Positions 37,000-43,785 of a DNA stretch of 60,301 nucleotides are shown here, piece after piece. The notes beneath the pieces are model-generated. The model was not told where the DNA came from and made no database searches. It was given only the letters and a program-made list of their open reading frames with translations. The stretch lies in IMG/VR virus record IMGVR_UViG_3300045988_176983, positions 1 to 60,301 of that record; one strand, 5' to 3'. The stretch's first letter is position 1, and each line of letters starts with the position of its first letter. A program made the translations under genes and the position numbers. This DNA is from a virus.

Positions 37000-37022
37000 C
37001 CCGGCAACCCGCCCGGCAACCC
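37000..37022 (-). other. Canonical G-quadruplex motif (G3N5G3N1G3N5G3) on the minus strand; a tandem CCCGGCAACCC repeat on the plus strand
   Basis: The plus strand reads cccggcaacccgcccggcaaccc. Confidence 0.6.
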
Positions 37023-37167
37023 GTCCGCGCTTTCTTACAATTAAACGCAATACCAAAAACACAACCGCCGCCCAGAACGCCGAAAACAAACAGCCCAAAG
37101 CCCCGAAGCAATATATATAATTATTCAACAATGTTGATATAATAACAAGCGTTATTTTAACGCCCGC

Positions 37168-37370
37168 AAGCCCTTATATATATAAAAAGCCTTTATATAT
37201 TATAAATTGCCTTTATTATTGTAAAAGCCCTTTTCAATGCTTTTAACGCTTTTAAGCATATAAAAAGCCCTTACAACCTTAAAAGCCTTTATATTATGCT
37301 TAAACGCTTTTATATATCGTAAAAGCCTTTTTCATACTCTATATATTTTTAATGCATTGAAAAAGCCTTT
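37168..37370 (+). repeat. Iteron-like array of AAAAGCC(C/T)TT in AT-rich DNA
   Basis: Exact copies start at 37185, 37223, 37263, 37281, 37321 and 37361, with spacings of 38, 40, 18, 40 and 40 bp. Degenerate copies lie at 37168, 37205 and 37475. ATGCTT..AAGCAT palindromes are interspersed. Confidence 0.75.
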
Positions 37371-37622
37371 TCTATTTTAATAGCGTTTTCGTGATATTAT
37401 ATTTTAATGCTTAAAAGCATTTTAATATATTTTTCGTTTTTTATATGCTTATATGTTTTTTTTAATGCTATATATGAAAAAGCACTTCATCGCTTTGGCG
37501 TGTTCGCCGTTGCGACTTACGGAAGCCCAAGCCCGCGCCGCTTTTGCGTTGCGTTAGCCGTTGCCGAACGTGTAAAGGCTTTTCGGCTTGCGTTTGCTTG
37601 CGTGTTGCTTTTTGCTTAAATA

Positions 37623-37631
37623 TGTTATAAT
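37623..37631 (+). promoter_or_regulatory. Extended -10 promoter element (TGTTATAAT)
   Basis: tgt + tataat at 37623..37631. The -35 region is poor. Confidence 0.4.
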
Positions 37632-37724
37632 AACTATAAATTATCATAACACTTTTAGCCGTTGCGAGCCGTCCGCGCCGTTGCCGGGCGGGGGTAGGTT
37701 GCCGACTTCAAAGCCCGAAAAGTC

Positions 37725-37752
37725 GCCGCGCCCTTCGTATAGCGGCATTTTT
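37725..37752 (+). terminator. Weak intrinsic terminator candidate
   Basis: gccgc (37725..37729) pairs with gcggc (37742..37746), followed by attttt. Confidence 0.35.
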
Positions 37753-38017
37753 CGATACCTTGTTCATAAAACCATTTACGCGGTCAAGAATGTAAAAATG
37801 TTTAGTAAAAATGTAAAATAAAAGAGAGAGTGGATATAAAGGGATTGAAAGTATTAAAAACGTTGAAATTCTTAAAAGGCTGATAGAGTAAGGGTAGGTG
37901 TTGTTTAGACGGGTTTAAGGTCGGTGAGAGATAGTAGGCAGTGGATAGGCTAAGGGGGTTGAGTAAAGGGTGTAAGATACCTTATATAATATGACGATAT
38001 TTTGACACGGCAAAGTA

Positions 38018-38046
38018 TTGCTTTTAGTAGGTAGGTGTGGTAAAAT
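38018..38046 (+). promoter_or_regulatory. Promoter candidate (TTGCTT-17-TAAAAT with TGn extension) upstream of the tRNA pair
   Basis: ttgctt at 38018..38023, tgg at 38038..38040, taaaat at 38041..38046. Confidence 0.45.
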
Positions 38047-38098
38047 GCGAGGTGTAAAGACAAGGGCTGAATAAACTTGTGCCTGAGGGAGATGGTTT

Positions 38099-38281
38099 AT
38101 GAGGCTCTGCGGTTTCGCTGTTTTGTACATTTTCATTTCGCTATTTTTTACATTTTCAAGGGAAACTGCCATAGTTGCCTTCCCGGCTGTCTTTACAAAA
38201 ATGCAAGCGTTACTTCGACAGAGAGGGCGTAAGTGCGACGGCACTAAAACGATAGTAGGTGCGAGACCTGCCGCTTGCTAA
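38099..38281 (+). CDS. Possible small hydrophobic/basic peptide (60 aa); weak
   Basis: An ATG preceded by gggaga. The N-terminus LCGFAVLYIFISLFFTF is hydrophobic and the C-terminus is Arg- and Lys-rich. It lies in an otherwise non-coding region. Confidence 0.25.
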   Translation: MRLCGFAVLYIFISLFFTFSRETAIVAFPAVFTKMQALLRQRGRKCDGTKTIVGARPAAC

Positions 38282-38425
38282 ATTAAGTTTTGGGTGTATG
38301 AGACTAAAACCCATCTAAAAGGCGTAGTTAGTTGCCGTAGCGATTTTGTGGTCGGCGTTTAGGCGAGTAATTGTGCCTGACAAAAAGAAAGGCAGAACGC
38401 GCGTATAATACCTTTCTTTTTACAT

Positions 38426-38500
38426 AGCAGAGTAGGGCAGCGGTAGCCCGTCAGGGTCATAGCCTGAAAGTCGAAGGTTCGAGTCCTTCCTCTGCAACCA
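38426..38500 (+). tRNA. tRNA with anticodon CAU (Met, or Ile2 if modified); CCA encoded
   Basis: Hand-folded cloverleaf. The D-arm is gggc/gccc with loop agcggta. The anticodon arm is tcagg/cctga with loop gtCATag. The T-arm is gaagg-ttcgagt-ccttc. The acceptor is agcagag/ctctgca, with an apparent A1-A72 mismatch. Confidence 0.8.
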
Positions 38501-38509
38501 GTGTCGCTT

Positions 38510-38550
38510 GCGCCGATATCAATCGTTTGTCATATTGTTTATATCGGCGC
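38510..38550 (+). other. Perfect 10-bp inverted repeat (hairpin) in the inter-tRNA spacer
   Basis: gcgccgatat (38510..38519) pairs with atatcggcgc (38541..38550) around a 21-nt loop. A T6 run lies 10 nt downstream. Confidence 0.7.
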
Positions 38551-38572
38551 GGCGGCTAAATTTTTTGAATAT

Positions 38573-38648
38573 AGGGGCATAGCCAAGCGGTAAGGCAGCG
38601 GACTTTGATTCCGTGATTTCGGAAGTTCAAATCTTTCTGCCCCTGCCA
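38573..38648 (+). tRNA. tRNA-Gln (anticodon UUG); CCA encoded
   Basis: The acceptor is aggggca/tgcccct and the D-arm is gcc-aagcggtaa-ggc. The anticodon arm is gcgga-ctTTGat-tccgt and the T-arm is ggaag-ttcaaat-ctttc. It closely parallels bacterial tRNA-Gln. Confidence 0.85.
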
Positions 38649-38661
38649 AGCGGGGTAAGAA

Positions 38662-38916
38662 ATGACCGATAAAAAACTTAAAGAGTACATCTCGAAGATA
38701 AATACCGGGTGTTGCGGGCATATCTTCGATAAGAATAAATACCATATAGGGTATAAGCGATTTAAGTGTTGTAAGGTTGCGGTTTGTCTTGACTGTGAGA
38801 AAGAGCAGTACATAGGCAGTAAGATATGGAAACCGCTTTATAAATTTTTTACTCCGAGATTAAATATCGAGGCGACCGTTACTCATTACGGGAAAAACGT
38901 CTTTACGATCAAATAA
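38662..38916 (+). CDS. Small Cys-rich protein (84 aa)
   Basis: RBS gcggggtaaga is present. Contains CCGH...CCKVAVCLDC and is followed by a terminator. Confidence 0.5.
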   Translation: MTDKKLKEYISKINTGCCGHIFDKNKYHIGYKRFKCCKVAVCLDCEKEQYIGSKIWKPLYKFFTPRLNIEATVTHYGKNVFTIK

Positions 38917-38989
38917 TAATTATTGCCATTCCGATAACTTCTTTAACTCTGTTAAGTTGTTATTCGTAACCCCCATAAAATAACTAACA

Positions 38990-39020
38990 AAAGGCTTGCT
39001 TAAACGGCGAGCCTTTTGTT
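38990..39020. terminator. Bidirectional intrinsic terminator
   Basis: aaaggcttgc (38990..38999) pairs with gcgagccttt (39007..39016), flanked by an A-run and a T-run. Confidence 0.65.
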
Positions 39021-39060
39021 ATGCCCAAAATAGACCTAAATTGAACCTAAAAAACAAAAA

Positions 39061-39108
39061 CACTATATTTAGTGGTAAAACGAGGGGTTAAAACCACAAA
39101 ATATAGTG
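39061..39108. repeat. Interrupted 15-bp palindrome in the attP-like region
   Basis: cactatattt pairs with aaatatagtg, with inner gtggt pairing with accac. Confidence 0.7.
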
Positions 39109-39145
39109 CTTTTTAAGGGTGGTGGAGATAAGGGGAAAAGACAAA

Positions 39146-39179
39146 AGCCTAAAAAAACGGTGTTTTTAGGCTCTTTTTT
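39146..39179. terminator. Bidirectional terminator downstream of the integrase gene
   Basis: agcctaaaaa (39146..39155) pairs with tttttaggct (39163..39172), followed by ctttttt. Confidence 0.7.
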
Positions 39180-39250
39180 ATTATTATGTCGTATTTATTT
39201 TGGAATTTTATCTGTATTTATCCTATTTGTTATCATTTGTTATTTGTTTT

Positions 39251-39276
39251 GAACCCAAAAAATGAACCCAAAAAAT
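39251..39276. repeat. Tandem 13-bp direct repeat GAACCCAAAAAAT x2 abutting the integrase stop (arm-site candidate)
   Basis: Two exact copies at 39251..39263 and 39264..39276. ATTTGTTAT repeats lie just upstream (39224..39250). Confidence 0.6.
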
Positions 39277-40418
39277 CATTGTATGCGGGATATAATATTG
39301 CGTTTGTCTTCTTCGTATAAATGACCGTAAGTTTTGAGAACCTGCTCGACGGTATCGCCTATAAGGTCGGCTACGACGTAAACGCTTGCGCCGAGGTGAA
39401 TACACATAGAAACGAAAGAATGTCGTAGGTCGTGTATTCTTATGCGTTTAACGCCTGCTTTTTCGATATAGCGGTCAAACGCGTGAGCAAGGCTGTTTTC
39501 GTGTAAAGGGTGGTCGCCACTAAAATAAAACGGTTTCTGCGGGGTGTAATTTGCGAGAACTTTTTTAAGAGGGTCGCAAATAATTGTTTTAGCCCGGCGT
39601 TCGTTTTTAGTGGTGGTGATTTTGTAAGGGGAGTTGTCGGTTGTTTTCCGAGTATAAGTTTTGTCGAATACGATATAGTCGCGGTGTACGTCGGTATTGT
39701 GTAGGGCAAGAACTTCGCCTTTTCGCCGTCCTGTAAAATAGAGTGTGTTAAAAATGGCATAGTAGGCGGGGTTGTCCACTACGTCGATAAATTTAGCGAA
39801 CTCTTCGCGTGTCCAGAACTGCATTTCGGTTTTTTGTACGCGTTGCTTCGGCTTTTTTACTTTTTTAAGATTGTTAGGGTATTGATAGCGAGATTCGACC
39901 CAAGACAAAAACGCAGCCATTGTATTGCGGATATTGCAAAGACGACTGTAAGAATAAAACTCGCCCGTGCGAGGGCTGCGCGTACTCCATAATTTGTCTT
40001 GCCATTCGTAAAGTTTAGGTGGTGTTAAATCGGCAATTTTAGTGTTTCCAAAATAAGGCAAGATAAAATTGTTTAAGACGTTGGCTCGGTCGTAAATCGT
40101 GCTGTCTTTGTTTTGGTTTACCATTGAAGTGAGATAAATAGGAATAAGGCTTTCGACCGTTAATTCCTCTTTACCTTCGGCAATGGATTTTTCTTTTTTG
40201 AGAGGTAAATTTTTAACGATTTCGCAGTTTTTCGTTATGAAGTCTATATGCGCCTGCTTTGCGAGGGCTTTCGACTTGTAACCCGATAACTTTTTGTAGG
40301 TTTCTTCGCCGGTAGGGAGTATTACCCTGAAACGAATGTCGTAGACTTTTCCGTTTAATTTCGTCTGCCGTTCTTGTATGTTTGCTTTCGTGCTGCTTAT
40401 GTAGTACTTCTCGTTCAT
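39276..40418 (-). CDS. int: Phage integrase (tyrosine recombinase)
   Basis: 380 aa. The C-terminal region reads RIHDLRHSFVSMCIHLGASVYVVADLIGDTVEQVLKTYGHLY. The N-terminus is arm-binding/SAM-like. It lies adjacent to the attP-like repeats and the repressor module. Confidence 0.9.
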   Translation of the reverse strand: MNEKYYISSTKANIQERQTKLNGKVYDIRFRVILPTGEETYKKLSGYKSKALAKQAHIDFITKNCEIVKNLPLKKEKSIAEGKEELTVESLIPIYLTSMVNQNKDSTIYDRANVLNNFILPYFGNTKIADLTPPKLYEWQDKLWSTRSPRTGEFYSYSRLCNIRNTMAAFLSWVESRYQYPNNLKKVKKPKQRVQKTEMQFWTREEFAKFIDVVDNPAYYAIFNTLYFTGRRKGEVLALHNTDVHRDYIVFDKTYTRKTTDNSPYKITTTKNERRAKTIICDPLKKVLANYTPQKPFYFSGDHPLHENSLAHAFDRYIEKAGVKRIRIHDLRHSFVSMCIHLGASVYVVADLIGDTVEQVLKTYGHLYEEDKRNIISRIQ

Positions 40419-40420
40419 AA

Positions 40421-40768
40421 TTACTCGTAGAAAGTTACTCGACCGTTTGTATATCCGCTGCCGGTAAGAGTTAAAGTGCAGGTGAAGTATGTCCTGATTG
40501 TTGCCCCAAAACCGTTTGTAGCGTCAACGTAGGCTTCAATTTTATAATCGTTTGAGCCTAAACTCGTTACGTAACTACTTTTATAACTTGGGTATTTAGC
40601 CCCTGCGGGATTTTTTAATTTCGCAGAAACAATGTCTTGCATACATACCCAAGCATCGAGTTTTTTATCGTTCGAAGAACACGATAAGCCCGATTTTTTG
40701 TTGATTACCACAATAACAATGACGGCAACTATAAGAATTATTGCCGCTATAAAGCCTTTCTTTTTCAC
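40421..40768 (-). CDS. Membrane-anchored or secreted small protein (115 aa), lysogeny-module moron
   Basis: An N-terminal signal/TM segment (KKKGFIAAIILIVAVIVIVVI) is followed by Cys-containing CSS. Confidence 0.5.
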   Translation of the reverse strand: MKKKGFIAAIILIVAVIVIVVINKKSGLSCSSNDKKLDAWVCMQDIVSAKLKNPAGAKYPSYKSSYVTSLGSNDYKIEAYVDATNGFGATIRTYFTCTLTLTGSGYTNGRVTFYE

Positions 40769-41175
40769 AATAATTTCCCCTTAAACGTAGATTTCAATAC
40801 TTCTGCGACGTAATCGGTGTTGTAGGCTTTGGCGCGGCTTCTGATAAATCCGACACGTAAATCGCATAAATCGTAAATAAGTAATGCGATAAATATTGCC
40901 ACAAGCGAAACAGATAATATCGTCAAAAATTTAATCCATTTATTTTTGTGTTTTATCATCCTTTCGTAAAGGTCAGTTGTGTCATTTGATTTTGTTTCTA
41001 TTTTATCTTCTTGTAAAACGTCTAAAATCGGTTTCAATGAAAGATATCCGGGATCTCGCGTATTACCGTTAAAAATCTTTTTTACGGTCGATAGCGGAAC
41101 TCCCGATTTATCGGCAATGTCTTGTAAGGTCATATGCCGATTGTCTTTTAATTCGTTTAGATCTTCTTTTAGCAT
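40765..41175 (-). CDS. XRE-family HTH protein with a C-terminal TM helix
   Basis: MTLQDIADKSGVPLSTVKKIFNG forms the HTH. The TM segment is WIKFLTILSVSLVAIFIALLIYDL. Confidence 0.65.
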   Translation of the reverse strand: MLKEDLNELKDNRHMTLQDIADKSGVPLSTVKKIFNGNTRDPGYLSLKPILDVLQEDKIETKSNDTTDLYERMIKHKNKWIKFLTILSVSLVAIFIALLIYDLCDLRVGFIRSRAKAYNTDYVAEVLKSTFKGKLL

Positions 41176-41357
41176 TTCTTTTGATTTCCCCTTTTTATTT
41201 TCTATTCGACGAATTTTGTCGAAATTTATCCTAAAACCACGATTGGTGCTGAAAAGTACCGATATATGGCTGTGAAAGTATCAATATTGAGTCTTGACTT
41301 TTCCATATAAGGTGGTACACTTGAAACAAAAAGGGCGCAAGCCTTACGGAGGAAAAG

Positions 41358-41480
41358 ATGAACAATCCAACCAAAGAACAACAAGACCTTATCAATCAAA
41401 TCGACAACGACGAATTTACCGAAGTCGAACTTGATTTTTTAATCTTCTTTATGAAGGAAATACTTTCCAATCGCTCATAG
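41358..41480 (+). CDS. Micro-protein (40 aa), paralog of 45153..45272; not in the ORF track
   Basis: RBS acggagga is present. It translates as MNNPTKEQQDLINQIDNDEFTEVELDFLIFFMKEILSNRS and is followed by a ggaacgc-ttcg-gcgttcc hairpin. Confidence 0.6.
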   Translation: MNNPTKEQQDLINQIDNDEFTEVELDFLIFFMKEILSNRS

Positions 41481-41632
41481 TACCATAATCCATTTTCGGT
41501 AGGGGGAACGCTTCGGCGTTCCTCTTACTTTTTATCTATATGTCTATGACGGTTTTTCGACACTCAAACATCTTGCTTTTTGGTGTATACCGATTCTAAA
41601 ATGTAATTAAGAAATATTTCAAGGAGTGATAT

Positions 41633-41851
41633 ATGCCCGATATCGATGTTCACAATCTTTCGACTGCTGAAAAAATATCCGAGATATTAAAGGCTTTGCC
41701 GAAAGATAAGGCGGTCGTAATTAACATTTATATCACCGAAAACAAAAACATTTCTCATTCTAACATTTTTCAAAACGTTTCGGTTAGCGGTCGAGACGGC
41801 TTTACGGTTGGTACATATGACTATGACGAGACAACAACGCAAACGACTTAA
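41633..41851 (+). CDS. Hypothetical protein (72 aa)
   Basis: RBS caaggag is present. Confidence 0.45.
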   Translation: MPDIDVHNLSTAEKISEILKALPKDKAVVINIYITENKNISHSNIFQNVSVSGRDGFTVGTYDYDETTTQTT

Positions 41852-42029
41852 AGAGTTAAAGGATAGACCATTCGAGCAAATGACTTGCTCGGAATTATCC
41901 GAGTTTGACGATTTAAGCAGAAAGGCAATCGACGCAGGCAACACTGCCGTTATTGTTGCCTCTATCTTTTCTCTTGCGGTTCAAGCCGTATCTATTATCG
42001 GCAATTGTGATTTTTACGCTTTTAAGTAG
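41808..42029 (+). CDS. Small protein with a C-terminal TM helix (73 aa; start uncertain)
   Basis: Contains TAVIVASIFSLAVQAVSIIG. Confidence 0.4.
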   Translation: MVHMTMTRQQRKRLKELKDRPFEQMTCSELSEFDDLSRKAIDAGNTAVIVASIFSLAVQAVSIIGNCDFYAFK

Positions 42030-42046
42030 GTAAGTAAGGAGGTCTT

Positions 42047-42256
42047 ATGGATATATTCTTAATCCTTTCGGTTATAAGCGTTGTTTTAGGTACAATCTTC
42101 TATGGTTATGGCGCGGGTCTTGCTTTATACAGTATGGCTACGGGCAACGTTCCGAGTGATTTGAAGATCTTATTAGCCGAGATAGGTGTAATAGCAGGGC
42201 TTATACTGACAGCGTTAGGGATTACCGGATTGTGTATAATCAATCCGAAAATCTAA
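42047..42256 (+). CDS. Small two-TM membrane protein (69 aa)
   Basis: RBS taaggaggt is present. TM segments are IFLILSVISVVLGTIFYGYGAGLALY and IGVIAGLILTALGITGLCII. Confidence 0.55.
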   Translation: MDIFLILSVISVVLGTIFYGYGAGLALYSMATGNVPSDLKILLAEIGVIAGLILTALGITGLCIINPKI

Positions 42257-42705
42257 TTTAACGAAAAGTCGTATATAAACGTTTTCTTTTGTAACTTAAT
42301 GACTACCGAATAATCTTTCGGCATTTCAAAGTCGTAGTTTACTCTGAAAAATCCGTGCAGCATTAGCGGGGCATTAGGTTCTACCGGTATGTTCTCTAAT
42401 AGATTAGTTGTATTCCTTTGATTGTTTAAGAGCCGATACAAGGGAATTGATTTCGTTCCGAATAAGATTTCGCAACCGTAGACATAATCTCTTCGGTTTG
42501 TTTTGTTTATGAGTTTTATATCTACATCGACCGTGTAGAAGTTGTTACCTTTGATATATTGTTTTTCTTTTACCGTAACCGATAAAGGAAATCTGCGTTT
42601 AGCGGGCAAATTAAGCAAATAATGAATTATTCCTGCGCCGACAGAGATAAAAGCAAAACAACTTGCAATGTTTGCGATAATTTGCAGTATTTCAGTCCAT
42701 TCCAT
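42253..42705 (-). CDS. N-terminally anchored membrane protein (150 aa) next to the repressor (exclusion or abortive-infection candidate)
   Basis: Contains ILQIIANIASCFAFISVGAGIIHYL. The functional call rests on position only. Confidence 0.45.
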   Translation of the reverse strand: MEWTEILQIIANIASCFAFISVGAGIIHYLLNLPAKRRFPLSVTVKEKQYIKGNNFYTVDVDIKLINKTNRRDYVYGCEILFGTKSIPLYRLLNNQRNTTNLLENIPVEPNAPLMLHGFFRVNYDFEMPKDYSVVIKLQKKTFIYDFSLN

Positions 42706-42708
42706 ATT

Positions 42709-43245
42709 TTACTTTTTTCGTTGGCTTTTTAAGAAAACTATATATTCTTGTACCTTTTTGATTTCTTCCGGGGTTAAGTCGCCTAAAAGCGATTTTGCCT
42801 CGCCTTTTTTTTCTTCGTAAGCATTATCCGCTTTACCGTCAATAAAGTAACTGACGGGAACATTTAAGTATTCTGCTATTTTATTTAACTTATCAAATTT
42901 AGGGCTTGATTTACCTTTTTCCCAATCGGTAAATAATACGGTTGTAAGGTTGGTGTCTTTCGCAACTCTATAAGCGGTTAGCCCTTTCTTTTCAATTAAA
43001 TCTGCAAAATACTCGTATTTTACTTCTCCTTTCTTTTCTTCGTAAGTGTTATTAGGTTCAAATCCCATTAAATAAGCAGGTGAGACGTTGAAAAAATCTG
43101 CCAATTGTTGAACTTTTTTAACAGAGGGTATGGACGTTTTCCATTTATTAACGGAATTTTGAGAGAAACCTAATGTTTTTTCAAGGGTTGTTTTGTTTAT
43201 GTTGTTTTTTACACATAAATCAATAATCCTGTCGTAAAAAGTCAT
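42709..43245 (-). CDS. CI-like repressor with two XRE-type HTH domains
   Basis: The two HTH domains read TTLEKTLGFSQNSVNKWKTSIPSVKKVQQLADFFNVSPAYLMG and LTAYRVAKDTNLTTVLFTDWEKGKSSPKFDKLNKIAEYLNVPVSYFIDG. It is divergent from the cro-like gene. Confidence 0.8.
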   Translation of the reverse strand: MTFYDRIIDLCVKNNINKTTLEKTLGFSQNSVNKWKTSIPSVKKVQQLADFFNVSPAYLMGFEPNNTYEEKKGEVKYEYFADLIEKKGLTAYRVAKDTNLTTVLFTDWEKGKSSPKFDKLNKIAEYLNVPVSYFIDGKADNAYEEKKGEAKSLLGDLTPEEIKKVQEYIVFLKSQRKK

Positions 43246-43267
43246 AGTTACACCTCTTAAAAATTTA

Positions 43268-43313
43268 TAGGAAAAATATTCCTAAAACGCTTGACATAGG
43301 AAAATATTTCCTA
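43268..43313. promoter_or_regulatory. Two 17-bp palindromic operators
   Basis: O1 is TAGGAAAAATATTCCTA at 43268..43284. O2 is TAGGAAAATATTTCCTA at 43297..43313. Confidence 0.7.
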
Positions 43314-43319
43314 TATAAT
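43291..43319 (+). promoter_or_regulatory. Perfect consensus early rightward promoter (TTGACA-17-TATAAT) with operator O2 as its spacer
   Basis: ttgaca at 43291..43296 and tataat at 43314..43319. Confidence 0.75.
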
Positions 43320-43560
43320 ATAGCCAAGATATAACGAAGCGAAATAAAAACAACCCGTTATATCGCGGTCGCCAAATAAAAAAGGCGGTCGCAAAGGCTC
43401 TCCCCGTTGAAAGAGAGATGACGTTACGTTGATTTTTTTGTGGTATTAAAATTATAGCCTAACGGAATAACTTTGTCAACGGGAAAAGCCAAATTTAGTA
43501 ATTTTTCTTCGAAAAAGTAGAGAAATTACAGTTATTATAACATATTTAAGGAGGTGTCGA

Positions 43561-43758
43561 ATGTCGATAGGCGAGAAGATACGCGAAAAACGAAGAACGG
43601 CGAAGTGTAGTCAATGCGAATTAGCGAAAAAAATTGGCGTTGCGCAACCGACCGTTTGCAATTACGAGCGCGATTTAAGGACTCCGAGGATGCAGACTAT
43701 TAAAAAGATAGCAAAAGTTTTAGACACAAGCGTTGACTACCTTGTCAACGATAAGTAA
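43561..43758 (+). CDS. Cro-like XRE-family HTH regulator
   Basis: RBS aaggaggt is present. Contains CSQCELAKKIGVAQPTVCNYERDLRTP. Confidence 0.8.
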   Translation: MSIGEKIREKRRTAKCSQCELAKKIGVAQPTVCNYERDLRTPRMQTIKKIAKVLDTSVDYLVNDK

Positions 43759-43785
43759 TTAAATATTTTATGGGAGATACGAATT

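Noticed and set aside
37168-37480. A CRISPR-like array.
   Set aside because: The repeats are only 10 bp, lie in AT-rich DNA and have irregular short spacers. No 24-40 bp repeat-spacer periodicity exists here or elsewhere in the window.
37008-37692. A 13-bp perfect inverted repeat (cccgcccggcaac and gttgccgggcggg) bracketing the iteron array.
   Set aside because: By my estimate about one such pair within 1 kb is expected by chance in a genome of this size. It is noted, but not treated as evidence for a mobile or invertible element.
37808-38156. An 11-bp inverted repeat (aaaatgtaaaa and ttttacatttt) flanking the promoter candidate at 38018, which would suggest an invertible promoter switch served by the XerC/D-like recombinase.
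   Set aside because: - An AT-rich 11-mer recurring within a few hundred bp is expected by chance several times in 60 kb.
- The match does not extend beyond 11 bp.
36402-38281. Track ORFs in the ORF-poor hub: 36402..36632, 36439..36756, 36629..36832, 36908..37120, 37407..37619, 37588..37821 and 37915..38244.
   Set aside because: - They have no RBS.
- Their translations are dominated by repeat or low-complexity sequence.
- They overlap promoters, terminators and iterons.
- Only 38099..38281 was kept, as a weak possibility.
38501-38572. A minimal HDV-like (theta-type) ribozyme directly 3' of the CAU tRNA.
   Set aside because: - I could not build the required P1 helix with the G1-U wobble. The best partner, GCGGCG, leaves G1 unpaired.
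- The dominant 10-bp hairpin with a 21-nt loop does not fit the P2/P3/P4 layout.
- A covariance-model scan would still be needed to settle this.
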